A DNA stretch of 63,812 nucleotides, the filler included, from Octopus bimaculoides (Eukaryota): NCBI RefSeq assembly GCF_001194135.2. It is 5 parts of 5 records of this genome, joined end to end, with 100 filler letters (N's around TTAATTAATTAA, not from the genome) between each part and the next. Parts side by side here need not be neighbours in the genome. Positions count along the whole stretch, not along the records: positions 23,019 to 36,481 come from NC_068995.1; 4 more parts are not named here. One strand, given 5' to 3'. The notes beneath the pieces are model-generated. The model did no database searches, was not told the DNA's origin, and worked only from the letters and a program-made list of their open reading frames with translations. How positions within the stretch are numbered: the stretch's first letter is position 1; every line of letters begins with the position of its first letter. The position numbers were made by a program, and so were the translations under genes. Positions 22,919 through 35,000 of the stretch are shown here, one piece after another.

Positions 22919-23018
22919 NNNNNNNNNNNNNNNNNNNNNNNNNNNNNNNNNNNNNNNNNNNNTTAATTAATTAANNNNNNNNNNNNNNNNNNNNNNNNNN
23001 NNNNNNNNNNNNNNNNNN

Positions 23019-23951
23019 AAAGCGAAGAACTCTGAAATGTCAGTTTCGACCTCCTCCTGGCTTACAAAAGTTATGTCCCCCAAATGATTCTGTAAACTAC
23101 GAAACAAATGGTAGTCTGAAGGAGCAAGGTCAGGAGAATAAGGTGGATGAGGAATTTTTCCCAAACAAGCTCTTCGATCTTCTGTGATGTGATCTTTGCA
23201 GTGTGGGGTCATGCATTGTCCTGATAAAACATCACTCCTTTTCGATTCACTAAAGTGGGTCTTCTTTTCTTCAAAGCTTGGTTCAAATGCTCTAATTGCT
23301 GACAGTAGACTTGAGCATTGACTTTTGCATTAGGTGGTAACAATTCAAAGTGAATTACTCCTTTGCATTCCCACGAGATAGAGAGAACCTTTTTCCCATG
23401 AAGTTCCCTTCTCGATTGTGGTTGAGATTTTTCCCTTTTACCAAGCCATGGTTTACGACGTTTAACATTTTGATAGAAGATCCATTTTTCATCACCAGTC
23501 ACAAGTCTATCCAAAAAGGGTGAAATAAGTTCGATAGAATGGAGAGAAGAGCAGATGTCGACTCGGGATTTGCGGTTGCTTTCGGACAATTCATGAGACA
23601 CCTATTTTCCAAGTTTAGGAACCTTTCCAAGTTGTTGAAGATGACGATGAACAGTAGTATGGTTTGAACTAAGCTTTATTGCCAATTCTTCAACTGATAA
23701 TGCAGGATTTTCTTCAAGTAATTCCTCAAGGAGCTTATCATCAAACTCAACTGGACGTCCTGTTCAATCTTCATCTTCAAGGCTGAAATCTCCATTTCTG
23801 AATTTTGCAAAGCATCTTCTGCAAGTTCTTTCATTCAAGTATTCTTTCCCATAAGCTGAGTGTATGTTTCGAGTTGCTTCGGCTGCAGAGTTTCCTTTTT
23901 TGTACTCATAAAACATTGTCTCAAATGCTCTTTGGATGCTTTCATGTTAGA
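23019..23951 (-). mobile_element. Mariner (DD34D) transposase remnant
   Basis: DRLVTGDEKWIFYQN...HGKKVL...ELLPPNAKVNAQVYCQQL...FYQDNA, then IPHPPYSPDLAPSDYHLFRSLQNHL; N-terminal MKASKEHLRQ; termini lost in gaps. Confidence 0.93.
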
Positions 23952-24354
23952 NNNNNNNNNNNNNNNNNNNNNNNNNNNNNNNNNNNNNNNNNNNNNNNNN
24001 NNNNNNNNNNNNNNNNNNNNNNNNNNNNNNNNNNNNNNNNNNNNNNNNNNNNNNNNNNNNNNNNNNNNNNNNNNNNNNNNNNNNNNNNNNNNNNNNNNNN
24101 NNNNNNNNNNNNNNNNNNNNNNNNNNNNNNNNNNNNNNNNNNNNNNNNNNNNNNNNNNNNNNNNNNNNNNNNNNNNNNNNNNNNNNNNNNNNNNNNNNNN
24201 NNNNNNNNNNNNNNNNNNNNNNNNNNNNNNNNNNNNNNNNNNNNNNNNNNNNNNNNNNNNNNNNNNNNNNNNNNNNNNNNNNNNNNNNNNNNNNNNNNNN
24301 NNNNNNNNNNNNNNNNNNNNNNNNNNNNNNNNNNNNNNNNNNNNNNNNNNATCT

Positions 24355-24690
24355 TTTACTTGTATCAACCATTAGATTACAGCCATGCTGCAGCATCACC
24401 TTGAAGGGTTTTAGTCATACAAATCGACCCCAGTACTTATTCTATTGGTCTCTTTCACCAAACTACTGAGTTGTGGGAACATAAACAAACCAACAGCGAT
24501 TGTCAAGCGGTGATGATGGACAGACATACATATATATGTATATATATATACAAACTTATTTCAATTTTTACACACCAAATCCACTCACAAGGCTTTGGTT
24601 GACCTGAGGCTATAATTGAAGACACTTGTCCAAGGTTCCACATGGACTGAACTCAGAATCATGAGGTTGGGAAGCAAATTTCTTACCTCA
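24355..24690 (-). mobile_element. SINE family A, diverged
   Basis: CCATGCTGCAGCATCACC...AAATCCACTCACAAGGCTTTGG...GAAGACACTTGTCCAAGG. Confidence 0.8.
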
Positions 24691-25044
24691 GTAAACAACT
24701 TTGAATAAAAGTAATTTTCGTTAGATTATCTTCTAGTTGATTGATGTTTCCAACACTGGAGAGTTCACAACTTTCTGTAATTATGTCGTACATAATTCAT
24801 GTTTGTCTAGTTACAAAAGTGTTTAAAAAAGGAGAGTCTATTGAAATTATAGTTATAGATTTCCATGTGAATAATGTGCTGCAATAAAAACACAAAACTT
24901 CAATCTGGTTGGTTGCTTGACATGCTAGAGATAGCAGTCAAATCCTCCTCAAATCAACAAGAAAACAGAATCTAGACTAGAAATGTTATTTATGAAGAAG
25001 TCATCTAAGTAAATGTAAATACTGTACTATATATATATGGGAGA

Positions 25045-25239
25045 ATTTACGAAAAAAACAACAGACGACGACAGGTGGTGTAAACAACAAATGGATGTAT
25101 TAGTTTAACGCTCGGGAATAGAGAAAGTCTTTGACGTTTCGAGCCTACGCTCTTCAACTGAAAGTAATACAGAAAGAAACAAGGAGAGAAACAAGGAGAA
25201 AAAAATATAAATGTAGTGGTCAGCGATCTATCATGGCGA

Positions 25240-25245
<6 letters not shown>
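25045..25245 (-). mobile_element. Short hammerhead-bearing (PLE-related/retrozyme-like) dispersed repeat
   Basis: - strand CTTT-CAGTTGA-A-GAGC(GTAG)GCTC-GAAAC-GTC-AAAG; the architecture matches the element at 39490-39685; lies next to (TA)n/(AAT)n. Confidence 0.5.
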
Positions 25246-25322
<77 letters not shown>

Positions 25323-26029
25323 NNNNNNNNNNNNNNNNNNNNNNNNNNNNNNNNNNNNNNNNNNNNNNNNNNNNNNNNNNNNNNNNNNNNNNNNNNNNNN
25401 NNNNNNNNNNNNNNNNNNNNNNNNNNNNNNNNNNNNNNNNNNNNNNNNNNNNNNNNNNNNNNNNNNNNNNNNNNNNNNNNNNNNNNNNNNNNNNNNNNNN
25501 NNNNNNNNNNNNNNNNNNNNNNNNNNNNNNNNNNNNNNNNNNNNNNNNNNNNNNNNNNNNNNNNNNNNNNNNNNNNNNNNNNNNNNNNNNNNNNNNNNNN
25601 NNNNNNNNNNNNNNNNNNNNNNNNNNNNNNNNNNNNNNNNNNNNNNNNNNNNNNNNNNNNNNNNNNNNNNNNNNNNNNNNNNNNNNNNNNNNNNNNNNNN
25701 NNNNNNNNNNNNNNNNNNNNNNNNNNNNNNNNNNNNNNNNNNNNNNNNNNNNNNNNNNNNNNNNNNNNNNNNNNNNNNNNNNNNNNNNNNNNNNNNNNNN
25801 NNNNNNNNNNNNNNNNNNNNNNNNNNNNNNNNNNNNNNNNNNNNNNNNNNNNNNNNNNNNNNNNNNNNNNNNNNNNNNATATATACTGAGTTTGCAGAAT
25901 ATGAAATAAAATATTTCAAAAGCTAACATTTTTAGTTAAACAATATTACAAAACAATTTGTTAATCCTTTACTAAGAAAACCTAAGTTTCAAGAATTTAC
26001 CCAATTAAAAAGTGCTTACTATAAGGTAT

Positions 26030-26240
26030 CCTTCATCATCATCATCATCATCATCATCATTTAACGTCCGCTTTCCATGCTAGCATGGGTTGGACGATTT
26101 GACTGAGGACTGGTGCAACCGGATGGCTACACCAGGCTCCAATCTAATTTGGCAGAATTTCTACAGCTGGATGCCCTTCCTAACGCCAACCACTCAGAGA
26201 GTGTAGTGGGTGCTTTTACGTGTCACCCGCACGAAAATAA
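26030..26240 (+). mobile_element. Octopus repeat, family C ((CAT)n-TTTAACGTCCGCTTTCCATGCT...GGATGCCCTTCCTAACGCC)
   Basis: Also at 31090-31320 (-), 36830-37050, 37540-37870 and 43510-43762 (-). Confidence 0.85.
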
Positions 26241-26949
26241 AAATAGGCCTGAAGTTAATAACTTTCTAATAATTCTTACAAAAATTGTTCGTATTTAAAC
26301 TGAATATATTTTATATTTAAAGATAGTATTTTAAACAGACAAACTATTTAAATTTAAAATTTTCTCATCTTACTACCAGCAAAGGGTTATCAGGATAGAT
26401 AGCACCCCAGACAAAATGCTTAGCAGCATTCTTTCTGGCTTTATGTTGAGTTCAAACTCTTCCAAGGTTAACTTTCTTTTTCATCTTTTTAGGGTCAATT
26501 AAATAAGTATCAGTTGAGCAATGTAGTCATGTTAACCAGTTCCCTAAAATTGATGGCACCGTGCCAAAATTTGAAACTAATAGTCATATACTCAATTTCC
26601 TTCTGTATAATTTTGATAAAAATTTAGCCTTATTGTTCTTAATAGCTTTTTTTTTTGCCTTTGGATCTGCAGCCCTTGGTTGTTAATACAAAGATACAGT
26701 AATACCAACAGGCTTTCATTCCAGGTATGGATATACTGCACCAAACACAGTCAGTCTGAACTGTTTTCTTTGATGAAGCACAACTGTGGGTGGAAGTTAG
26801 ATTTCTCAGATGACATCTAGTTTGAGCTAAAATATAAAGCTGGCTTGCTGAGCCACACAGTCTATACTAAATTGATGGAACATGATGTTGAGGAAAATAA
26901 AATTTAAGCACAATAGATTGAGATATTAACAGCATGTTAACTGAATTGG

Positions 26950-29920
26950 CAAGTTTTAAGTGAATTGACATTTCTTTGTGTACAGAAATATATGGAAGAA
27001 GCAAAAATCAACATCAGCTACAGCAGTAACAGAAAGAATATCTGCTTGACAGCAGCAGCAACAAACATAGATAGTGGCAATAGTAAGTGCAACAGCACCT
27101 ACATCAACATAGACAGCAGCAGCAGTGATTATTAAAAAGAATAATTACAACAGCTGGAAATAGCCATTCGTCTGGGTCTAGAACAAGTGGCCAAATATGG
27201 CCAAAGCATCTGATGCCAGACAAATGGAAAAAAAGTGAAGCAATTCAGCAGGAACAGGATTATCAGGTAAGTTGTGATTGGGGCAGAGCACAGTTTCTCA
27301 CAGACAATATCACACTAAAAGCAGAAAATTTAACTTCATCTAAATTTGGAAATTTATGCAAATTTCAAGTCTTGGATTCTTCAATGACTTATGAAGACAG
27401 GATCCCTTCTTTGAGAACTTGGAAATGACATCTAACTATTTGAAGAATACAAACTACTGCAGTACAATAATTGGAAAATCAAAGTTCTTATACTCACAGA
27501 GGCTTCAATTCTTTGGATGAAAATGCATTTCCCAAATAATACTGGGAAAAGATATGTAGATTTAGATTAGTGTGTATGAATGATTCTTGAAAATTGCAGC
27601 TTGGAGCCATAGAAAATATCGTTGAGTTTAAAGCTGGTAAATTAACACCTAACATTAACAAAAATTGAAACAAGGCAGCTATTGATAAGGGAAAATACAA
27701 TGACAATAAAGAAAGCAGTATCAACAGTAATTACCTCACATTTCATTAAGACCTTAAAGATAACAACAGAAACATGGGTACAAAGCTAAAAGCCACAACA
27801 GCAATGAAAACAATACCCAAACTAAGATTGAAATATTAACTTTGCAGAAAACACACCAGTCCTTCTGGATGGTATACTGAGTAAAGAGCAGCTGAAAGTA
27901 CTTCATCTATCGTTACTGAGAGAGGCAATGACATCTCATTGGATGTCAGCTGGTCTAATGCGACAGCACTGGATTTAGCTCTAAAGAATGCTGGAGTTTA
28001 TAACTGTGTTGTCTTTGTCAATACAATTATTGTTAAAAAGGAAAACTCTGAAGAGGAAACTATTTCAGAGGCTGATTGCCATGATTCATGGGACAAGGTG
28101 TCAAATGTAGATATGAGACAAGAAACTATCCAACAAAAAATGTATATCATAAGCTATTTTTCTCAACTGTGCAAATCATATTATGAAATCACAGAATCAA
28201 GTCATGAACCAATTGTCAAAGAATACATTTAGTTTCCTTAAGTTTTTCAGCTTTATTGGAAGGAATATTCTTTGTCTTGTGCATTCATTAATATTGCAAT
28301 TAACCATCATTTGATGTAAGGTTACTTAACAATTTATCTAAGCTGGTAATGAACTTCAGAAATAGGCAAAGTTGTCATTTGATATGCAGAAAAATTGTAC
28401 AAACATTCTGTCAGTTGGTTATACATGACCTCTGTTCAGATGTGGTACTCAGTCTGAGTTTTATGTCTCATTATCCCTCACAATTACTAAAGTTTAATGA
28501 CTCTGAAACCCATCTGGTGTTGCCCACTTTTGAAGATTTCATCCATTACATTTATTTTTTAACTATGGAACTGATACTCTAGAGGCATTCCTGTGATGTG
28601 CAAAAGTTTCACAAAACTGCATTTCTAGTAGAAATATAGTTTGCTGAAACCAGTATCAATTTCTTTGTTCATTGCATTCAAAATAACACAACACCTGATC
28701 CTGATAGGCTGCTTTCTCTTAAATGTCTTTAAATTCTTAAATCTAATATCAAACTAGGTGATGTCTTTGACTTGCTAGTTTATAACAAGGGTGACACATT
28801 TTCCCCATAAAGTAAGACCATTAATAAGATATTTCTCATTCCTCAAAAAGCTGTTCCTGCTTTGAAATTAAAATTGATTCACAAGTAGCTTATGCTATAG
28901 TCTGTTTGCAGTTAGACTGACACTGCTCTAGCTGCAACATGATCACAAATAGGGTATTCTATTGCCTTTTACTCTCAGATCCTTTCAAAAACTGAATGGT
29001 TACATTCACCTTTTGAGAAAAAAGAGCTATTACAATTGTTGAGTGCAAATGAAATAGCAAGATTACCTCTCAGGAAGCTACATTATCCTCATTACATCCC
29101 CCCCCCCCCAAAAAAAAACATCTAAATTTATGTTTCTTAATTTTATACAGAATCAAGAATAAAATATACTGGAGGGTCAAACTTTATGTAGTTCTGACAT
29201 TTTCTACTGACATAGAAAAGAGAATGTGTGCCCTGATTTCTTGTCTCAAATATACTTTTTCCAACCAGATTACCTATTTCTTCAATGATGAATTGAGTCA
29301 TCAGGATGTTCAAAGATTGTTACTTTAGGTAAAAGCAACAAAAAAGAAAAAAGTTCATTTTTTTTTTACTAAAGGTGTTTGTTCTAGACTAAAATCAAAA
29401 TTTTACAAACCTACAGATGTTGGGTCAGAGACTTGATCTATTGCACGGTTTAACTCCAACACCACTGAACCTTGGTTATTCTTAACTGTAAGTATTCAGG
29501 CCAGTCTCTCTCCCAAACATCACAGAAGCCTTGAAAAGGACCATGGAAACACCCTTCCTTGTAAGAGATTTAAAGAGATATATACTTCAGGCTATGGAAC
29601 AAATTACATTGGAATTTGTGGTATCTAACCAGTTGGTAGCTCAAAACAAATATCTTTTCGTGGTAGTTCATGAATACATATATCACACCTTTGTTTTCTT
29701 TTGTTCAATGTCTCATGGAGCTGATCTCTCATTGGAATTCACAATGCTGTCCACATTGATAGAGGAATTCTATCTTAATGCAACAGTAACTATCTCTTTT
29801 AATTCACAAGATGGCTGATATCTACAGTTGAAATAATTATATTGTTGCAGAGTCGACTTACTCCTGGCTTTCACTGCTCACTCCATGCCAATACAATTTC
29901 TCAATAGGAAAACTCTTTGA
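26950..29920 (+). pseudogene. Unidentified decayed long reading frame (pseudogene or ancient TE ORF)
   Basis: About 3 kb with almost no repeats. One frame runs about 28322-29120 with only about 8 stops and protein-like stretches (ILSKTEWLHSPFEKKELLQLLSANEIARLPLRKL); the ORF at 29531-29818 is in the same frame. No family recognised. Confidence 0.3.
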
Positions 29921-30659
29921 ATAACAGGAATGATAAGATTATTTCACCAAGTCCTGCCCTATTTTCTTATTGATAGCCTTCAATGTTCAAAAGGAAAGAT
30001 TAAAACACTTGACAGGTTTAGTTTGTGGCTTTATTACTACTTGAATTGTATTATCTTATTAATGTTTGCTAAATTGTATAAACACAAAATTTAATATTAG
30101 TTTTGTCAAACATGTTTACAATCAAAAGCTAACAATACCAAGCCTGACCTCTAGTACAAAATGGAAGTAACATAGAACCACCTGTATAAACAATGCTTAT
30201 AAAATATGCTAAAAAAACAGCAATTCAGTCAGTTTGATTCACCTTAGTCTTTTATATTTATAAGCTACATTAAAAAACAGTAAATTAGTCATTTTCAAAA
30301 GACTTAGCAGTCACCAACATATAACAACCTATTAATACAATAGTATGTTCCTATCAACATGCTTTTGTCACACTAAGGGAAGAAAACTCAATAGAGTTAG
30401 AAAGAAACAGTTAAGCAATGGTGGTGGCAGAGAAGAGATAGAAAGTAAAAGTTAGAGGAAATAAATAGACAGGGCATGAGGGAGAGAAAAAAGTGTAAGA
30501 GAGGTGAAAAATAGTGGAATCAAAGAAGCGATAGAAAAAGAAAACAATTGTAAAAAGGAGAGGAAAATAGCAACTTAAAAAAAGGAAAAGAAAAGAAATG
30601 ATAAAGGGTGATGATAGCAGTGATGCTATATATTCTGAAATGCCAAAGAGTGGGAATGG

Positions 30660-30668
30660 GGAGAGAGA

Positions 30669-30722
<54 letters not shown>
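30660..30722. repeat. (GA)n microsatellite
   Basis: Direct inspection. Confidence 0.95.
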
Positions 30723-30726
<4 letters not shown>

Positions 30727-31089
30727 TGTAAGAAGGAGTTCAGTAAGTTGGGGCAAGGATGGGGAGAGAGAGAGAAGGAAGAATTTAAATATGTAGCAAA
30801 ATTTGTGACATCATTGCGTCTTTTGTTACTTCTCTCTTGACATTCGTTTGAAGTATGTATTTTGAAATATATCATAGTATTATATAAGAGCTGATGAAAA
30901 ATGTACATGAAGAAAGTTGCTAATGAATATGAGGATGTAAATAAAAATGCCTAAATAACAAGACAATAAGAAAATTATTTTTATTGCTCTGTAGATATCA
31001 AACAGATTTGATTACTTTTAATATGTCCAATATACTTTAGTCAATAATTCACTTGTTATTCAACATTGTGCTATTTTATCATGAAACTA

Positions 31090-31320
31090 GCACATAAAAA
31101 GCACCATTCGAGTGTTGGGCCTCACGAAGGCAATGTGGCCAATACCGGTGTCACATAGCTGACAGGTAAAAGCACTCATTACACTCTCAGAATGGTTAGC
31201 ATTAGGAAGGGCATCCAGCCATAGAAACCATGCCAATTCAGACTGGAGTCTGGTGCAGCATCTCAACTTGTCAGCCCTGGTCAAACTGTCCAACCCATGC
31301 CAGCATGGACGATTATGACG
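31090..31320 (-). mobile_element. Repeat family C copy
   Basis: GGAAGGGCATCCAGCC...CCAACCCATGCCAGCATGGA. Confidence 0.8.
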
Positions 31321-32254
31321 TATGAGTATCTCAAAAACTTCTCAAATGTATGCATATTCACACATGGGTACATGATTTTACAAACGGATCACATACATTT
31401 TCTGAAGGTTGTCAAGGGACAGCAAGTTTAGTTTATGCAAAAGCTGCACATCTACAACATATGGGACACATTCTGTGCAAACACCTCAAATGTACATAAT
31501 AAGCATCATTATTTACTTTTACTGCAAAAGTTCCAAACATTTCCTGCATAGACATGAAACAGCACCAACACACCTTAGACTTCTTAAATTTCAATTTCTA
31601 ATATCAAATTATTTGTTGTTTGTTCTGCTTAAATCAAGAAATGCATGCTGTAGAAATAGGCTCAATACATGATACATCTTAGTAAGTGGAATAAAAAAGG
31701 CTATAGAGGAATATATGAAACAGAATGATTAATAATGCTATTAATGTAAATACAAATACATTTAGCATACTAAATATATATTGATGACATACAACATATA
31801 TATAAGAATTACTAACGAGAGAAAGGAGAAAATTAATTTGGTCTTCACAATTTATGAACATAGACATATTTGTTGAGTACTGGTATTTTATTTTATTGAT
31901 CTCAGAAGGATAAATGGCAAATATGACCTTCACATGATTTGATCTCAGAATGTGAAGAACCAGAATATTGTTCTAATGGTTCTGCAAATTCCTCCTTTCC
32001 ACCAACTTCAAATGGTTAACTCTTCAGCATTCCGATTACTCTGTCAAACGTAATGCTAATTTATTCACATTGTTTTCAATTGATCATGCATTATCTGGTA
32101 GCTTTGATGTGAATGTTTATTTTTAGAATAACATTGTAGGGCAAGTATGAGAGACCAGATTTGGCTGGTTTGAACATAAAACTGTTAGAATATTTGGGCC
32201 AGATAAGGCTGGTTTAAATGCTAAAAGGTTAAGTATTACTCACACAAAAAAAAG

Positions 32255-32545
32255 TATACATACAAAGCATTGTGAATAGATTTGGTAGACGGAAATTAAA
32301 TGCACATTGTATATATATCCATGTGTGTATGTCTTTGTGTCTGTGTTTGTCCCACCATCACCACTTGACAACCAGTGTTGGAGTGTTTACGTCCTAATAA
32401 CTTAGTGGATCACCAAAAGAGACCTATAAAATAAGTACTAGGCTCAAGAAATCAGTCCTGGGGTCGATTTGTTTGACTAAAAAAACACTTCAATGTGGTG
32501 CTCCAGTATGGCCGCAGTCAAATGACTGAAACAAGTAAAAGAATA
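32255..32545 (+). mobile_element. SINE family A, diverged
   Basis: GGATTTGGTAGACGGAAA...TTGACAACCAG...GCTCCAGTATGGCCGCAGTCAAATGACTGAAAC. Confidence 0.85.
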
Positions 32546-32571
32546 CAAATATACTTAGTGCATTATATATA

Positions 32572-33846
32572 CAAGGGTGTACCCAAAAGTAACCAGAAAC
32601 GTTCTCTGAAGAGCAAGCCAGTAGTTCAGACTTCTGTCTCTAGAAGCCATTTGATGCGACCGTCAGACATCAGTCTGCCAACTGGCATCATTGTGTAAAC
32701 TCATACTGCCACATGGTGCATCAGTTTTGCAGTGCTTCTCCTCTGTTTGTCGATTTTAGCAATGGCTGAAACAAAGGAACAGTGTGCTTTCGAGAAATTC
32801 TGTTTTCTGTAGGGGAAAACGGTGACCAAAACAGTTGTATGCTTCAAACAACTTACAAGGATGCTGCCATGAGCAAAACACAAGTTTACAAGTTATTTTC
32901 ATGCATTAGGAATGGTCACTTGTTTGAAGACCAGTCTCATTCAGGGCGACCGTTGACCTCCTGTACGATTGAAAACATGACGGAAATTCATGAACTTGTC
33001 GACATGATTGGTGTGTCTTGGATTAGTGTGCCTACCAACGAATTTTGAGTGGAATTGCGAATGAAAAGAGTTGCAGCAAAATTTGTGCTCGCTTGCTCAT
33101 GGAAGCTCAAAATCAGTCAAGACTGAATGCATGTTGTGAACTGAAAGGAAAGTTGGAAGTTGATCTGGACCTTTTTTGAAAAGTCATCACTGGTGATGAA
33201 AGCTGGTGCTACGGCTACGACTCGGAAACGAAGCAGCAATCAAGTCAATGGAAGCATTCAATGTCACCATGTCCAAAAAAATCACATCAAGTGAAATCCA
33301 ATGTCAAGATGATGCTGGTTTATTTCATCGATGTGGAAAGAATTGTCCACACAAAATTTGTTCCTCCTGGTCAAACTGTTAACCAGACATTTTACTTGGA
33401 AGTTCTGAAGCATTTGCAAGACACACTGAGACATAAACATCAAGACCTGTGGCAAAGTGGAGAGTGGTGGTTTTACCACAACAATGCACCTGCATACACC
33501 GCCTCAAATGCAAGACAGTTTTTGACAAAAAAGCATGACTCCCCTTACCTACCCTCCCTATTCACCCAATCTTTCTCCCTATGACTTTTTTTTTTTTGTT
33601 CCTCTGAATGAAAAAAGTCCTTAAAGGAAAACGTTTCGCAGAGTGAAGAAGTGAAGAAAAGAATGATGGAGGCATTAAAAGGCATCACCACGCAAGAGTT
33701 CCAGGACTGCTTTGAACAGTGGAAAACATGCCTGGATCGATGCATTTCTTCAAATGGAGAATAATTGGAAGGTGATAAAAGTGTAAACATGTAAAAGTGA
33801 GTAAAATGATATTGCAAAATTCCGGTTTCTTTTGGGTACACCCTCG
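32572..33846 (+). mobile_element. Full-length (1275 bp) but inactivated mariner element, irritans-like, with TIRs and TA TSD
   Basis: TA|CAAGGGTGTACCCAAAAGTAACCAGAA ... TTCCGGTTTCTTTTGGGTACACCCTCG|TA. Frameshifted transposase: MSKTQVYKLF..GRP; VITGDESWCYGYDSETKQQSSQWK; HNNAPAYT; YSPNLSPYDFF. Confidence 0.93.
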
Positions 33847-34556
33847 TATATTGATGGCATGATTAGCTGAAAATCTTAATTCACTGCATGAAAGTGATAC
33901 ACTGCTAAGATTTTTTGTCTTGTCTGGCTGTCTGTATATATCTTAGTGTATGTAATAAAAAGAGATATCTGTTAAAATTCTAAAACTTACTATCATACAT
34001 TATAAACCATTGCATTATATTAGAAGATTGCATCATGTGATGGATGGAATTTGTGCATTTTGAAAGCTTATACTATAAATGTAGTTGGCAACATTGAATT
34101 TTAACAAAAGTAACCATATACTTTTTTGTTCTGCTGTGAAATTTCCATGGGATTCACTAACACTTGTGTTCTGGCTGCATAGTTGCTTCCATTCTGTATG
34201 GCTCTATTGTTTCATATCAGAAATCATGGCTGGTTTTTTTCATTGCTTACATGTTTGACAAGTCTACCAATTTTACTTTACTACTTAGTTTATTTGTTTA
34301 TAAGCAGATGTTGGGCAATCTTCCAGAGAACATATATGAGAAGTGAAAGTATTTGTTCAGTATTTTCCATAATTTGTTTTTTATATCTTTAATATAGTTC
34401 TATACTATTCTATATTTCTGAGATAAAGTATTTTGTACATATTTACAATGGACGGATAGGTGTCCTCACCTTGTTTGTTGAGGACATGTATCCATCCATT
34501 TAATATAGCTTTTCCAGCTGAATTGTTTATGTATTTTTTTGTGTATGTATATGTTT

Positions 34557-35000
34557 ACAAGGTGATCCAAAAGTTCTGCTACAAAGGTTAAACAATGTAT
34601 TTCAACCAAATCTGAACCAATTTACTTGAAAACTTGCACACTAGTTTTTAACATTTTCAGCAATGTTAGAAAATAAATCCATCTTGCTTCTTTATTACAA
34701 CCTTAAGTTTACCAGGCCCTGCTTTAACAGAGGCTCACAATACTTCTAGTGGTATTTTGTACCATTCATACTGCAGAGACTTCTTCAAAGCCACTACTAA
34801 TCAATGAGATTTAGCACAAGCATTGGTCTCCAAGATGGAAGGAAAAAGGGAAAAAGACTCACAAGAAGTCGTGCACTGCTTGAGCAGCTGGATACTCATG
34901 GCTTGGACAATGTGCTCTTCACAAACAAGAAGTTGTTCACTGTTGAAGAAGCTCACAACAGCCAAAATGACAGAGTCCTTGCGGAAAATGCTTAGTCGTG
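34557..35000. mobile_element. maT/DD37D-type (Tc1-mariner) fragments in opposite orientations
   Basis: - strand 34800-34680: ALKKSLQYEWYKIPLEVL*ASVKAGPGKLKVVIKKQDG (C-terminus), with TIR-like TACAAGGTGATCCAAAAG at about 34557. + strand 34804-34995: VLFTNKKLFTVEEAHNSQNDRVLA (eroded FSDEKxF motif). Confidence 0.7.

Noticed and set aside
21691-22966. + strand Cys-rich ORFs over the array (VLGGVPRSVLCCPPSW, LSAILGTGWCTKVCIV)
   Set aside because: The first is the antisense shadow of the open - frame and is broken by TAG at 22652-22654; the other frames hit stops in zones 2-3; neither has splice support.
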